From contig JAPMXV010000067.1 of assembly GCA_026936335.1 (NCBI GenBank), forward strand, positions 186,001-250,000: 64,000 nucleotides of DNA, given 5' to 3'. Source of the stretch: Mantamonas sphyraenae STR306 (lineage: Eukaryota; Protista; CRuMs). The first letter of the stretch is position 1, and each line of letters begins with the position of its first letter. This document shows, piece after piece, positions 47,448 to 59,666 of the stretch. The translations under genes were made by a program, and so were the position numbers. Below the pieces are notes generated by a model. The model had not been told where the DNA came from. It did no database searches and saw only the letters and a list, made by a program, of their open reading frames with translations.

Positions 47448-49109
47448 TCATTCTTGCTTCTTTTCGCCCTTTGACTGCTCGCGCTTGCGGTAGAGACGCA
47501 GCATGGGCTTCATGGGGTCGCGCATGAGGACATACTCGCCATCGGAAAGCTTTGCGCAGGCTTCGAGGATGTGATGGATGATGCCCCAAACATGGGACAT
47601 CTTGAGGTTGATCATGTTTGCGAGCTGCTTGATCTGGTACTCTTGCACACCGAGGATGGTGTGCTTGGCGGAGCTGCGCTTGCTGTCACGTGCACAACAA
47701 AGCCAAGCTTCATGACATCGACGCCTGCGAGCACGGCCTGGATGACCCACTTGCCAAACTTGCACGAGTTGTTCTTGATGCCCGTTGCGACAACGGCACC
47801 GCGTGTGGTGTCGAGTTTTGCGCGCCAATCCTGGGTGCCGTACTCGTTGAGCGACTTGACCATAAGCAGAGTTTCGGCGTCGTCGTCGAGGGCGGCGTCG
47901 ACGGAGCAGCGGCAGGTGATTTCGTAGTCGTCGAGGAGGAAGCGCTTGTACAGATAGGCGGTGGAGGCCTGGTTGTCGCCCTGGGCAAACGGAGACTCCT
48001 CGTCCATGTCGATCCAAGAGTCGGTGAGGACCTGCTGGGACATGGTCTGGTTGATGTAGGTGGCCTCTGCGTGGAGGTCTTTGACCGGCTCTGCGTTTTC
48101 GTCGGCAATGGGCGGCGTGTGGGCGGTTTCGTTGACGGTGAGCTGCTCAAAGGAGGTTCCTTCGCGCTTGTCCAGCACAATGGTGCCGTCCTTGATGATG
48201 ACACGGATGTCCCAGGGCTCGACGCTGCGCGGGGCAGCCATGAGGGTGGTGAGGACGGTGTCCACGGTGTACACACGGCGTGGCTTGTCGCCCGACTGGC
48301 CGTACTCGATGAGGCGCTGCATGATGGCGTCCTTCTCCACGACGGGGTTGTAAAAGGCACGGGAGGTCTTTGTCAGAGGCATGTCGTTCTTGGAGGAGAC
48401 GCGGTCGTAGTCGCGATCATACACGGCGAGACGACCTGCACGCACAAGGGTCTCTGTGTCGTTGTCCAGATCCACAGGGGTGTGGGAGCACTTGATGAGG
48501 GTGGCCATTTGGATTTGCTCCACACCCTCCCAGTGCTGCTGGACCTCGATGGACGGGTCGCGCAGCACAATGTAGCGGCCGCGGATGTCGCGCATGTAGC
48601 GCACCGAGGACTTGTTGCGGCTGTTGGACGATGAGCTGGACCGGCTGCTGCTCGACGACGAGCTTGAGCCACCGCTGCGTGCATACTTGCGGCTGGGCGC
48701 AAGGTTGGGTGTGGCCTTGCTCGATTTGGCCTCCACCACCTGGAAAGACTGGTCCTCGTCGGCGTTGTGACGGTAGGTGTACGCAGTGTCGAGGTCTGTG
48801 TCTGCGTTGCGTGCGTTGCGTCCTGTGTGGGCGGGTTGCGAGCAAAGGGGGGTGGGTGTGGGGCACGTGTGAGGTTCTGGGAAATGGGAGATCGGGGCCC
48901 GGGGAGAGGCACATGCAGGGCGGGGAGGGGCGCCGTGGGAGCGCAGGTGGAGACGTACGGAAGTTTGTGTTGGTCTGCATCCAGTCTGCACATCGGCCCA
49001 GCTTGTCTGTCTTTTGGAAAGGGGCATAGGGGATGTCTGTGTACTTCTGGGGCAGTTTGGAGGGGCCCCAGCCGCGCTCGTTCTTGGTGTCGGAAACGAG
49101 GAAGCTCAT
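47448..49109 (-). CDS. EIF3D: Translation initiation factor 3 subunit D
   Basis: GWGP, PYAPF.K.DKLGR.ADW, LM.APRSV.PWDI, LTVNETA, EATYINQ, DWR.KLD..RGAV.AT..KNN..K..KW, Y.LMRDP.KP.LRLY. Intron 48823-48958; indel at about 47695. Confidence 0.93.
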
Positions 49110-49144
49110 TTCGGATTCGGTTGCTGTGCGCCGAAGCGCGCAGT

Positions 49145-50710
49145 ATGACTCGCAAGGCGGCCAAGACACAAAGCAGGCGAGAGGAGGAGGTGGACAATGG
49201 ACATGACGACAACGTGAGCGTGGCAGGTTCCATGGTGAGCCGAGCCAGCAGCAGCGCGGGAGCGGCGGCAGCGGGCGGCGATTCAACCTTGCGTCGTCGC
49301 CAGGCGAAAACGGCCACCAACACACTGCCGCAGCTGAAAAAGTGGGACGATGGAGACGAGAAGCCGCTGCTGGACAAGGCGGAGGAACGAGTGCAGAAGG
49401 GAGGAGCCACGGCGACGACAAGCACGGCAAAGAGCGTGTACCACATCCACAGCGTGCAGTACCACACGCCGGCGGCGACGATTCTCTCGGGCGAGTACCC
49501 GCACGAGGTGCCATTCAACGGCCTGTGGAACCTGGCGATTCTGGTGCTGATTCTTGCGAACCTGCGTGTGGCGCTGGTGAACGTGCTGAAGTACGGCATC
49601 CTGGTGAATCCGAGCGAGTTGTTGTCGCGCGTGCACGATCCGGACAACTGGGCGGCGTTTCTGCTGCTTCTGTCGCTGTGGCTGTACGCCGTGCTTGTGT
49701 TTGTGTTTGAGTGGCTGGCGTCACGTCGCATGGGCTCGTCGGGCATGTGGACGACGCTGCAGTGGGTGGCAACGGTGGCGAGTTCGGCGGTGCCCGTGTA
49801 CCAGATCTACTTTGGGAGCATCCATCCTGTGAAGGGCATTGCGCTCATGCTGTGTTCCACCATCATGTTTATGAAGCTGGTGTCGTACACGCTGGTGAAC
49901 GGTGAGCTGCGCGACGCCTACCTGACAGGCAGGGCCATGCGGCTGCCCAAGAACTACCACGGCGAGTTCCAATGCCCCGAGGAAGACTCGTACCCACACA
50001 ACGTGACCCTGGGCAACCTGGCGTACTATGTGGTGGCGCCCACACTGCTGTACGAGCTGAACTACCCGCGCACAGAAGCCATCCGCTGGCCGTACTTTTT
50101 CCGCAAGATGGGTGAGGCTCTGATCATCATTGGCATCCAGATCATGCTTGTGGAGCAGTACTGTGTGCCGTTGGTGCGCAATGCGCTGGTGCCGCTGGCA
50201 CAATCGGACTACCCCAAGGTGTTGGAGCGTGTGCTCAAGCTGGCGCTGCCCAACGCATACATTTGGCTGCTGGGCTTCTATTGCTTCTTCCAGGTGGGCC
50301 TCAACGCCCTGGCCGAGGTGCTGCGCTTTGCCGACCGCAACTTTTACAAGGACTGGTGGAACTCGACCACCCTGGACTACTTTTGGCGCACGTGGAACAT
50401 GCCCGTGCACAACTGGTGTGTGAAGCACGTGTTTATGCCGGGCATCCGTCGCGGCCACTCCAAGTCGACCATGTCCTTCCTGGTGTTTGTGTTTTCCGCA
50501 CTGTATCACGAGGTCGTCGTCAGCGTGCCCTTCCACTCCATCAAGCTCTGGGCCTTTGCCGCCATGATGGCCCAGCTGCCCCTCATCTACCTTTCGCGCC
50601 CGCTGAAGGGCACCCGCATCGGGAACATCATCTTTTGGTTCAGCATCATCCTTGGCCAGCCCCTGGCCGTCTTGATGTACGCATTGGATTTTCTTGGGGA
50701 GAGTGGGTGA
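49145..50710 (+). CDS. DGAT1: Diacylglycerol O-acyltransferase 1 (MBOAT)
   Basis: YP.N.T.GN..YY..APTL.Y, AEVLRFADRNFYKDWWNS, WNMPVH.W...H, F..SA..HE, GN.IFW. Confidence 0.93.
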   Translation: MTRKAAKTQSRREEEVDNGHDDNVSVAGSMVSRASSSAGAAAAGGDSTLRRRQAKTATNTLPQLKKWDDGDEKPLLDKAEERVQKGGATATTSTAKSVYHIHSVQYHTPAATILSGEYPHEVPFNGLWNLAILVLILANLRVALVNVLKYGILVNPSELLSRVHDPDNWAAFLLLLSLWLYAVLVFVFEWLASRRMGSSGMWTTLQWVATVASSAVPVYQIYFGSIHPVKGIALMLCSTIMFMKLVSYTLVNGELRDAYLTGRAMRLPKNYHGEFQCPEEDSYPHNVTLGNLAYYVVAPTLLYELNYPRTEAIRWPYFFRKMGEALIIIGIQIMLVEQYCVPLVRNALVPLAQSDYPKVLERVLKLALPNAYIWLLGFYCFFQVGLNALAEVLRFADRNFYKDWWNSTTLDYFWRTWNMPVHNWCVKHVFMPGIRRGHSKSTMSFLVFVFSALYHEVVVSVPFHSIKLWAFAAMMAQLPLIYLSRPLKGTRIGNIIFWFSIILGQPLAVLMYALDFLGESG

Positions 50711-50941
50711 GTGGATGTGAGGCAATCCAATGGATGTGTTTTGTTTGGAGGGAGATGGTGATGGTGATGAGGGGGAAAGGGGGTTTTGTGCGAGGAGAAA
50801 ATTGGAATTTGTTTGCGAGTTGAGTCATGCCGATCAGAGAGAGAAGGGACCAGTTTGTGAGTAATGGGTGCAGGTCGACTGATGGACGGAGCAAAGAGAT
50901 TGTGTGCAGGGGGGATTTGTCGTGTGGTTTCCATTCATTCA

Positions 50942-53900
50942 TCACGTGCTGAGCAAGGGCTTTGCCATCCTGTCCATCTGCAATGGGCGGTCGTGACGGT
51001 GTGTGATGATGCTCCATCGATCCACGGTGCGATCACGGACACGAACAAGGCTTGTCCAGACGCTCTTGCCGCCCATGACAGAGACGAGAGCCACACCGAC
51101 GACAACGGTGACGACGACGACGCCGAGGGCGACAACCTCGACGGCGCCGGTGTCAAACCTGGATCGGCTGAGAGTCACTGCCGTGCCGGTGACAAAGACG
51201 GTGAGGAGGGTGAACAGGCTGAGGGTTTCCAGGCGGTTGTCGAGATCGCGGACAAACGGACGTGTGCGCTGATGGAGCCAGATGGAGAGGACAAGGGTGA
51301 GGAAGAGAACGATGAAAAAGGTGATTTGGGAGTAGTACGGCACAGCAGTGACCAACACAGTGACGACGACGCGTCGGGCGATGACAATGAGCTCGTAGCC
51401 CGCGTGCTCGGGGCGGTACGACCGGTACAGGAAGCCAAAGGAGGCCTTTGCCCACTCCTGCTCACGGAGTCCGTTCCAATGCAGCCATGCCAAGGCGGCG
51501 GCGTCCACGAGAGGCAACCCGATGCCGAGACACAGGAGCAGAGCCCACGACACAGCCTGCACGGTGGCCAGAGCACCATCGTCCGCATCTACGCCTGGAC
51601 CAGCACAAAGGATGAACGGGTATTGGTTCAGGTACCACCATTCGGCGTGGGTGCCACTGCCCAGGCCCGTGTTTGCATCGGTGCACATGAGGAAGCTGGT
51701 CGCCTGGAGAAGAATGGGACCGTACGCCAGGTGGAGAGTGAACAGGGTCAAACCAACCACTCTGTGTGTCCACTGCACATTGTGGCTGTTGTCGCCGTAG
51801 TCGTGGCGCTTCCATCTTCTCCAGACAAAGTGGCCGAGCAGGCCCAGGAGGAGCAGAGGAATTACCAGCGCCGTGCTGGCTACGAATTGTCCATTCCACC
51901 GCTCAGAGTATCCATGCGGGGCCACAAACAGACATTGGAGGGAGGCCATGCTGAGGTTGAGAGACGAGGCGACGGCATTGACCCAGCTCATGATGCCATC
52001 CAGGACGGAACGCAGCTGCGATCCCTCGTTTCCAATACCGTGGACAGTGTGCAAGGCCGTCGTCAGCGAGATGGACGATCGTTCCACCGTGGCCAGGATC
52101 TGCCAGAAAAAGAGGACGATCTTGAGGGTTGCCGAGTCGCCGCCCTGGTACAATTGCTTGCGGCTGGCAACGAGGACAAAGAGAGCTATGGCAAGGGCAT
52201 AGACCACGATGGTTAAGGCAATCATTGTGTCCGAGGGACAGGCTTGGCAAACACGCGCTGTCTTGAAGAAACCGGCGTCGCATTCGCTGCAAAGGCGCGA
52301 TCCGTCGCGGTAGCCAGGGGCACAGGTGAGACTGTGGCTTTTGCGGGTCGGGTCGTTGTCTTGGCGCACGTGGACGCAGGATTGGGCTACGGGACAGGGC
52401 AGGACAGCGAGGAAGGTGTCTGTGTCGTTCGCTTGGGTGACGACACGGCATCCGCGGATGCCTCCGGCAGTGCAATGGCATTCGGAAAACTCCTCAGGGC
52501 AGACGAGGCACTGTTCGGCGTAGCCGTAGAAGCGGTCTGCACAAGCACACTGTTCGAGCCAGTTTTCGGGCAGGTAGAAGAAGAGCGTCGGGTACCCGTC
52601 ACTGCGGACAAAGGTACGGCATGAAATATTGGCAAAGAGGCGATGGTTGGACGGGGTCGCCTGGAGGAAGGCCGTGTGGCCCTTGGCGAGGCGCATGGAG
52701 GTATTTGTGACGTCGATGTAGGCCAGGGCTGCGCTCTGCTGCATGGAGGCAGGAAAACCTCCAGAAATGCGGGAGTCGTGCACATCGAGACGCACGAGGT
52801 TCTCCAGGCTGTTCCAGCCGTCGATGGTTCCAGTGAGGCTCGTGTTGTACACTTTCAGCTGTTCGATCGCGGGGAGGGAGAGCTTGGAGATGTCACCGGT
52901 CATGTGCGGGTTGTCCGAGATGTCCAGGAAGCGCAAAGTTTGTAGGTCCCCATCAAAACCGGTGTGCAAGATGGAGGCATTGCAGTTGGCGATGTTGAGA
53001 GAGACGAGATTCTGTGGCCAGACTCCCAACTCGACGATCTCCAGCTGGTTGAAGGAAAAGTCCAGGGAGACGAGGGGAATCACGCTGACGAAGCCCCAGG
53101 GTAGTTTTGTGATGAGGTTGTGGGAGAGATCAATGGATGCGAGTTGGGAGAGCAGTTCAAGAGAGTCGACGTCGACGAGGCGGTTGAAGGAGAGATCGAG
53201 GGAAGAGAGGCTGCGGGCAGAGAGCAAGCCTGGGGAAAGGACAGAGATGTTGTTGTGAGCGGCCTGGAGGAAGCGTAGCTTGGGCATGGTGGAGCCGTTG
53301 AGGGGAATGTGGGTGAGGTTGTTGCGGTCCAGAATGAGGTTGCGAGATTGGGCAGGGTGGCGAGCGATGAAGGAAGCTGGGTGAGCCTGTTGCGAGAAGC
53401 TTCGATGCGTATGAGGAGTGAGAGGTCGCCCAGGGAGTCTGGCAAAGTGGTGAGGAGATTGTCGTTGACAATGAGATCCTGGACACGGAACATGTGGCCG
53501 AGGGATTCTGGAAGGGCGTTCAACTGGTTTCCTGCCAAATAGAGCATGGTGAGGTTTGTGAGGCGTGTGAAGGAGGCGGGCAATGCGGTGAGTCGGTTGC
53601 CGGTGAGGTCGAGTTGATCGAGCTGGGTCATGGAGCCGATGTTGTCGGGGAGGACGTCGAGGCGGTTGTGGCTGATGTCGAGTTGCGTGAGGAGCGGCAT
53701 TTGAAGGATGGACTCTGGCAAGCGAGTCATGGATGAGTGCGTGATCTGGAGCTGTGTGAGGCTTTGCAAGGTTGCGATCCAGGGGGGCAGGCCTGGGAGC
53801 GCGGTCTTGCGCAGATCGAGCTCCTGGAGTCGGCGGAGGTTGTTGAAAGAGTCGGGCAGAGCCTGAAGGGGATTGGAGAACAAGGAGAGGTCTGTGAGGA

Positions 53901-54698
53901 GGCTCAGAGAGCCGATGGAATGCGGGACGGAGGTGAGGCGGTTGCCTCCCAGTTCCAGATCCGTCAATTGGGACAGCGAGCCTATGGAGGAGGGTAGGGA
54001 AGTGAGGCGGTTGTACGTGAGATCGATGGCGGTCAAGTTTGTGAGTTGGCCGATGGAGTTCGGGAGGGTTTCGAGCCTGTTCTCGCGGAAGTCAATGAGC
54101 AGGAGGTTGGTCAACTGGCCGATGGAGGAAGGCACGGTGCGCAGTCGATTCTGGGATAGTTGAAGAGAGTTCAGTGTTGACAAGGAGCCGATCCAGGGAG
54201 GGAGGGTGGCGATGCGGTTTGTTTGGAGAACGAGCGTGCGGAGATTGGGCAGGCTCAACAGGAACGGAGGCAGCTCTGTGACTCTGTTCTTCTTGACCAG
54301 CAAGCCAGTGAGGTTTTTCATGTCGGCAACAAATTGGGGCACGTCGTTGAGGCCGTTGTTTGTGAGAACAAGGATATCGACAGTGGGCACTCGCGCGATC
54401 GCCTCGCCCGCGTGCGCCGAAACGGGCATGCCCTCAAACTGAAGGACCAAACTCAAGTCATATGGTGCACAACAGGGAGAAGAAGCGTTGAAAGCCGGGT
54501 CAGAGGTGTCGCAGGGCCCTACGATGGGCCAGGAGCAGAAGCAGGTTTGCGGGTCCACGTGAAGATTCACGCGATTTGCGACATCGACCAAGGCCCGGTG
54601 TTGGGCGCAGGAGGCGGCAACGGGGGAGGTGAGGAGGGGGAGGCGAGGATGAAGAGGGAGAGGAAAAGAGGGAGGAGATGATTGGTGGAGAAATGCAT
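50942..54698 (-). CDS. Signal peptide + more than 20 LRRs + Cys-rich (EGF/furin-like) + about 7 TM receptor-like protein
   Basis: MHFSTNHLLPLFLSLFILA signal; 23-aa L..L.L..N.L..LP.SIG repeats; CAPGY..SRLCSEC..GF; LKIVLFFWQI, FGFLY.SY...YEL...RR, RPF....NRLE..SL. Frames are joined at about 54593 and 53338. Confidence 0.82.
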
Positions 54699-54711
54699 TG
54701 TGGTGACCGCC

Positions 54712-56668
54712 TCAGCGCAGCATGGCGGTGGTGGGGTCTGTGATGCCACTGGATGAGGAACTGAGGCTGCTTTCGCTTCCACCGCGGTCGCGGTTGTTGG
54801 CGGGCGGATGATCGTGGTTGGGGTGGTTGGCGTGGATGGAGGACATGGCAGAGAGGGGAAGCATGTCAAACTCGCTGCCGGAACCGCCCTGTGTGTTTGT
54901 GCCGATTGGAGACTGCTGCTGGCGCTCCACGGGCATGTCGATGTGCACACTGTTGCTTTCCTTGTCGTCGTCGTCGTCGTCGTCGCCGTCTGCGTTGTTG
55001 TGTGCGTGTGTGCCCTTGCGTCGCTTGCGCCGCTTCTGCGGGGTGGCGAGGTATGTGTGGCGTTCGCGCTTGGTGGGACCCTTGACGACGTAGAGGGAGG
55101 TGTGTGCGGCGTCGAGGGCAGGTTCTTCGTCCTGGTCCGAGTCTGAGTCTGCGTTGTAGTCGGGAAAGTTGCGGAGGCGGAGGAACCAGCCGACGGTGAC
55201 GATGACGCCCCACTCGACGAGTTCGCTGAGGAGGTGCTGGACCCAGGCTGTGTTTTCAAGGAAAAACAGATCGACAATGACGACAATGACGAGGAGGCAG
55301 ACATATAAGTGGCGACGGTGGCTTGGAAGGCGTGGAAGAGCTTGAACTTGGCAAAGACCGGGGTGCTGTGTGCATCGATGCCATAGTCGGCAAAGGTGCG
55401 TAGTTGCATCTTGATGGAGCGGACATTGATGGCGATGGAGGTGAAGATGATGCGGATGACCAGTATGTGCATGAGAATGACCGCAAAGAGGAGGAAGGAC
55501 TGGTAGAGCTTGTGAAAGACCACGGCCGTGACAAAGAAGAATACAGTTGCTGGTGAGAGTGAGGGAAGGTGGGTTAGTTTTGGGTACAAAGGGGAGAGGG
55601 GCGGGCGGGGGGGGGAGGGGGGTGGAGGGGAAAGAGGGGCCCACATACCGACGGTGACGCGGAAATCAGACAGAGAGGAGCGTGTGATGCCCCAGCCCTT
55701 GGCAATGACCATGAGGGAGAGGAAGAAGGCGCCTTGGAAGGCAGCGTAGGAGAGGAGGTAGAGGGAGAGGATGGAGATGGAGATGGTGCCTGTGGAAGGG
55801 AGGGTCAGGTGTGCAAGGGGCAAAGAGAGGAACACGGGAAATCGGGGTCAGCATCGTCTGCGTCGGCGGGTTTCGAGGGGGCCCGGGAGCGGCAAGGGAT
55901 GGGCGGGAGACGTACCGTTGACGGACACGTAGTTCCAGTAGGCGGCAGAGGCAAGCATCTCGAGGATTTTAAAGAGCGGGACACAGGAGAGGAGGCGGTG
56001 GACAGGGATTGTGACGCGCCAGTGGAGGAGAAAGTTTGCGAGCCAGACGGCGGTGATGCCGATCCAGACGTAGACGAGGGTGCTGTACATGGCAGGCAGG
56101 GGAATAAGGGATGTGCTGAGGTGCTGACCGTTGGGATTGGTAAAGTTGACCTTGATCTGGAAGCAGGGCGGGGGTTTTGTGAGTTGGGGGGGGGCGATGG
56201 AAGAAGGGGCATGGAGCGTTTCGCAAGGCCAGGGAAACGGAAAGTGGTACCGGGGCTGAGACGTACCTCGCCGGTGAGCTTTACGGCGTCACAGTTGCCA
56301 AGGAGGAAGTAGTAGGTGTCGTCGTGCTTCATGATGTCGTGGCGGTCGAGGGTGCCGTTTGCGACGTCGGTTTTGACCTCGCACTTGATGTCCGCGGCTT
56401 TGTTGCACATGTCTGTGGCGTCGAGGTAGGAGCGCATGATGGTGTTGTACTCACTCTCACGGCATACGAGCATGAGGAGCTGGGCCTCTGTGGGCTTGTA
56501 GGTCATCTGGACGTGGGAATCGCCGCCCTTGTAGAAGCCGAATTTGAAGAACTGGACGAAGCGTTCGTTGATGGAGAACGGGATGTCATTGCGGAGGGCC
56601 ACGGCAGACGAGGTGCATGCGGCAAGCACCAGGACGAGCGTGAGCACGTGGGTGGTCCGCAGCTTCAT
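54712..56668 (-). CDS. GPR107/GPR108-like (lung seven transmembrane/GOST) protein
   Basis: Signal peptide, FGFY.GG, Y.FLL.NC, VH..LS.VP..K, L..IAKGWGITR..L, KF.LF..F. Several introns; indel at about 55297. Confidence 0.8.
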
Positions 56669-56917
56669 GCGGGCTGCGGTTGGGACTGGGTTTTGGGTTG
56701 GGGTCGGGAGCGTAGAGGGAGGGGGGGGTTTGTGGGAGGAAGTGAGGGTGGAAGGGTGGATGGGGTAAGGGGGGGAGGGGAAGGGGTCAGCAAAAGGTGA
56801 CGGTGGGACCCAGCGGGGATTGTGGGTGCGGAGTCGTTGGTCACGGGAATGGATTTGGGAGGGTGTAAACTGCATTTGTGAATGTGAAAATCGAGGTTGG
56901 TAAGTGCTGAAATATCA

Positions 56918-56989
56918 GCGCCGGTGGTTCAGTGGTAGAATTGGTGCTTGCCACGTGCCAGGCCCGGGTTCGATTTCCCGGCCGGCGCA
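56918..56989 (+). tRNA. tRNA-Gly (GCC)
   Basis: Cloverleaf: GCGCCGG/CCGGCGC acceptor, GTTC-AGTGGTA-GAAT D arm, loop TT-GCC-AC, CCGGG-TTCGATT(T)-CCCGG T arm, T-run terminator. The extra T is probably an error. Confidence 0.93.
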
Positions 56990-57206
56990 CTTCTTTTTGT
57001 GTGTTGATTTCTTTTTGCCCTGCCTGGGAGTGTGTTTTTGAGCATGTGAGCATGTGAGGGCCAACGGAGGATGTCGGGGCTTGGCGGAGAAGATGGGCGC
57101 TTGGGAAACCAGTTCGGTGCGGTGGGCATGGTCTCGGGGCTGTATTTGCAGAATTGGTGGCGCACTCCTAGAATGAGCTGATTGACTGGGATAGTCGTTG
57201 AAAACA

Positions 57207-57277
57207 GCGCCGGTGGTTCAGTGGTAGAATTGGTGCTTGCCACGTGCCAGGCCCGGGTTCGATTCCCGGCCGGCGCA
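57207..57277 (+). tRNA. tRNA-Gly (GCC)
   Basis: 71-nt copy followed by cttcttttttt terminator. Confidence 0.97.
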
Positions 57278-57333
57278 CTTCTTTTTTTGTGTGTTTTCCA
57301 TTTGCATCCATCCAGAGTTTCGTTTTGCGATGA

Positions 57334-57505
57334 AGAGGGGATGAGGGGATGAGGGGATGAGGGGATGAGGAGTGGTGGGTGGGGGTGTGGGAGCGGAAGC
57401 AGATCAGGCTGTAGCCGGAAACACGGAGATCCTCCTCCAGCTCTCCACAGACACACAGACACACACAGACACACACAGACACACACAGACACACACAGAC
57501 ACACA
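57334..57505. repeat. Microsatellites (GAGGGGAT)n and (ACACACAGAC)n between tRNA copies
   Basis: About four GAGGGGAT units at 57334-57368 and about five to six 10-bp units at 57447-57505. Confidence 0.9.
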
Positions 57506-57586
57506 TTACGCTGCTCTTTCATTCAACACCTCTCTCTGCACCCTAGACTTAGGGCTGACGCATGCAAAAAAAAAGAGAAAAAGAAG

Positions 57587-57657
57587 TGCGCCGGCCGGGA
57601 ATCGAACCCGGGCCTGGCACGTGGCAAGCACCAATTCTACCACTGAACCACCGGCGC
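57587..57657 (-). tRNA. tRNA-Gly (GCC)
   Basis: Exact reverse complement of the 57207 copy, with downstream T-runs on the minus strand. Confidence 0.97.
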
Positions 57658-57817
57658 GATTGTTCAACACTTACCCAATGCCGTTTTCACATATACAGAT
57701 GCACCTCCATGCGTCCAACTGCCGGCCCCGAGACCAAACCCCCTCGCCTTTCTCCAATCAATTGCATTGCTCACCGCTCCCACACGTCACACACATCTCT
57801 TCGGAATCGCCTCCAGA

Positions 57818-58626
57818 TCACACCTTGTGCTCCTTGCCCACCCTGCGCGTGACGGGCACGGCGTCGAAAAAGTAAAAGAAGCTCCAGGAGCTGAGGAGGT
57901 GCCAGATGCCATGGTTCATGCGACACCAGTCGGCGTGCTCGTCGAGACCGCGTGCAAAGAACACCAGGGAGACGAGCAGGACGCCAATGCCAGTGTTCAG
58001 CTTCTTGCGGTCGTACACTGGGCGCTTTTCGGGCACCCAGTACCAGCGCACCCAGAAGAGCACCAACGCGTACAGCAGCGGCACAATCATGTGCTCCAGG
58101 CGCCATGGATGCCTCTCCTGCAGCACGAGTGTGATGACAACCCCCGACGCCTTCAAGAACTCGTCCACCTCCCGTTCGCTGTCCAACAGGTACCACAGCG
58201 CGTTCTGCAAGTGTGCCGTGGACGTGGATGTGTGTCAGTGCGATTCGTTCTGGCCAAAGCCTCTGCCCCCTGCCCTGTCCGGCCTGCGCCTGCGCCTGTG
58301 CGACGCTCGCGCCGCCCAGAAAGCTCGAGGCGGCCCGCGCGTACCTGAAAGGCCAGGATCGAAAACACGTTGTCCAGCCTGTGCCACTGTCCGGGATTCA
58401 TGTCAAACATGCGAATCTGCAGCGTGTCACCGAGGTGGTACAGCATGCTGGTCAGCATGGCCATAAACCCAATCACACTCTCGTACAGGAAGCCGTGTTT
58501 CACGCCGTCCCGCACGCTCAAGATCGCTGTGCTGTTCGACACCACCGTAAACAGGATCTGCAGCAGAGTCTCTGTCGCCAGAAATGGCACTTGTGTCTCT
58601 GGCAGTCGTTCCCACAGAGTCACCAT
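57818..58626 (-). CDS. TMEM8/PGAP6/myomaker-like CREST-superfamily membrane protein
   Basis: Exons 58345-58626 and 57818-58207. SMLYHLGD (SxxYH), WHRLDNVFS, HGIWH motifs. Confidence 0.78.
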
Positions 58627-58684
58627 TTGCGTTGCATGCCCCTGCGTACGCCGGCCCAATCCCTCACCCCTCACCCTCGCCTTC

Positions 58685-59599
58685 ATGTCCGCCTCCACCT
58701 CCACCTCCACACCCACATACACCTTTCACCCGCTGTCCAACGACGACGCCGCGCTGGCGATGCCTGCAAACGACACGGTGATGGACAACGTGTCCAAGTG
58801 GGGCCTGCACGGCTTCAAGCTGGCCAAGTTGCGTTACAACGAGTACTTCCAAGAGTACCACGCACAGGCGTTTGTCCAGGCCCTGATTGACAGCGAAGCG
58901 CTGCAAGAGGTGCTTGGCAAGGCCTGGGGCCAGCTCAAGGATCTGCAGATGGCACGTGTGCCCGCCACCGTCATGTCCTTTGACTTTTTTGATCGTTTGC
59001 AGGGCGACGACGCCGTCGTCCGCAACAACGGCGCCATCCGCAAGTGCATGGAGGTGTTTGTGGACGAATCGTGGAATTACAGCGACGAGCTGCGCAAGAT
59101 GCTCATGCAGCCCGACGAAAGCGAATACGACGCTTGCTTCTACGAGGAGGAAGAACGGTTGGTTTTCTCGCCCTCTCATGGCCGCTGTTGGCCACCGTGA
59201 GCCCCCGTCACACTCACACCGCCCTCACACCACTGCAGTGACGAGCTACTGTACCGTCTCTTCTCGCTCTTGGTTGTCGGCGGGCCCCTGAACCAGTACG
59301 AAAACACTCTCGAACCGTACTTGGACGCCACAAAGGCACTGTACAAAGATGTGGTCAGCGTGAAAAAGACGGTGGCTGCTAGCTCGGGCGACAGCGACAG
59401 CACAGAGGACACAGAGGCGCAACCCAAGGTCCAGCTGACGGTAGCGTCGTTGGTGTACGCCGTCTCTTCCGCCACCGGCACCCATGGCGACCTCTTTTCA
59501 CAGCCAGACAGCCCATACGGCAACCACTGCTACGTGAGCATCAATCCCGTGTATCGCCACGTCACCGTAGTGTTCAACGAGCCCGCGAGTGCGTGGTGA
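58685..59599 (+). CDS. CFAP300: Cilia- and flagella-associated protein 300 (C11orf70)
   Basis: KWGL, V.AT..SFDFFDRL, SDELRKML, ER.E.LYRLF..LV.GG..NQYE....PYL..TK.LYKD.VSV.K. Intron 59158-59238. Confidence 0.9.
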
Positions 59600-59666
59600 C
59601 GGCCACACAAAAACCCAAAAACAAAAACCCCCCACACCCCCACACCCCCCCCCTTTGCTTCTCACC

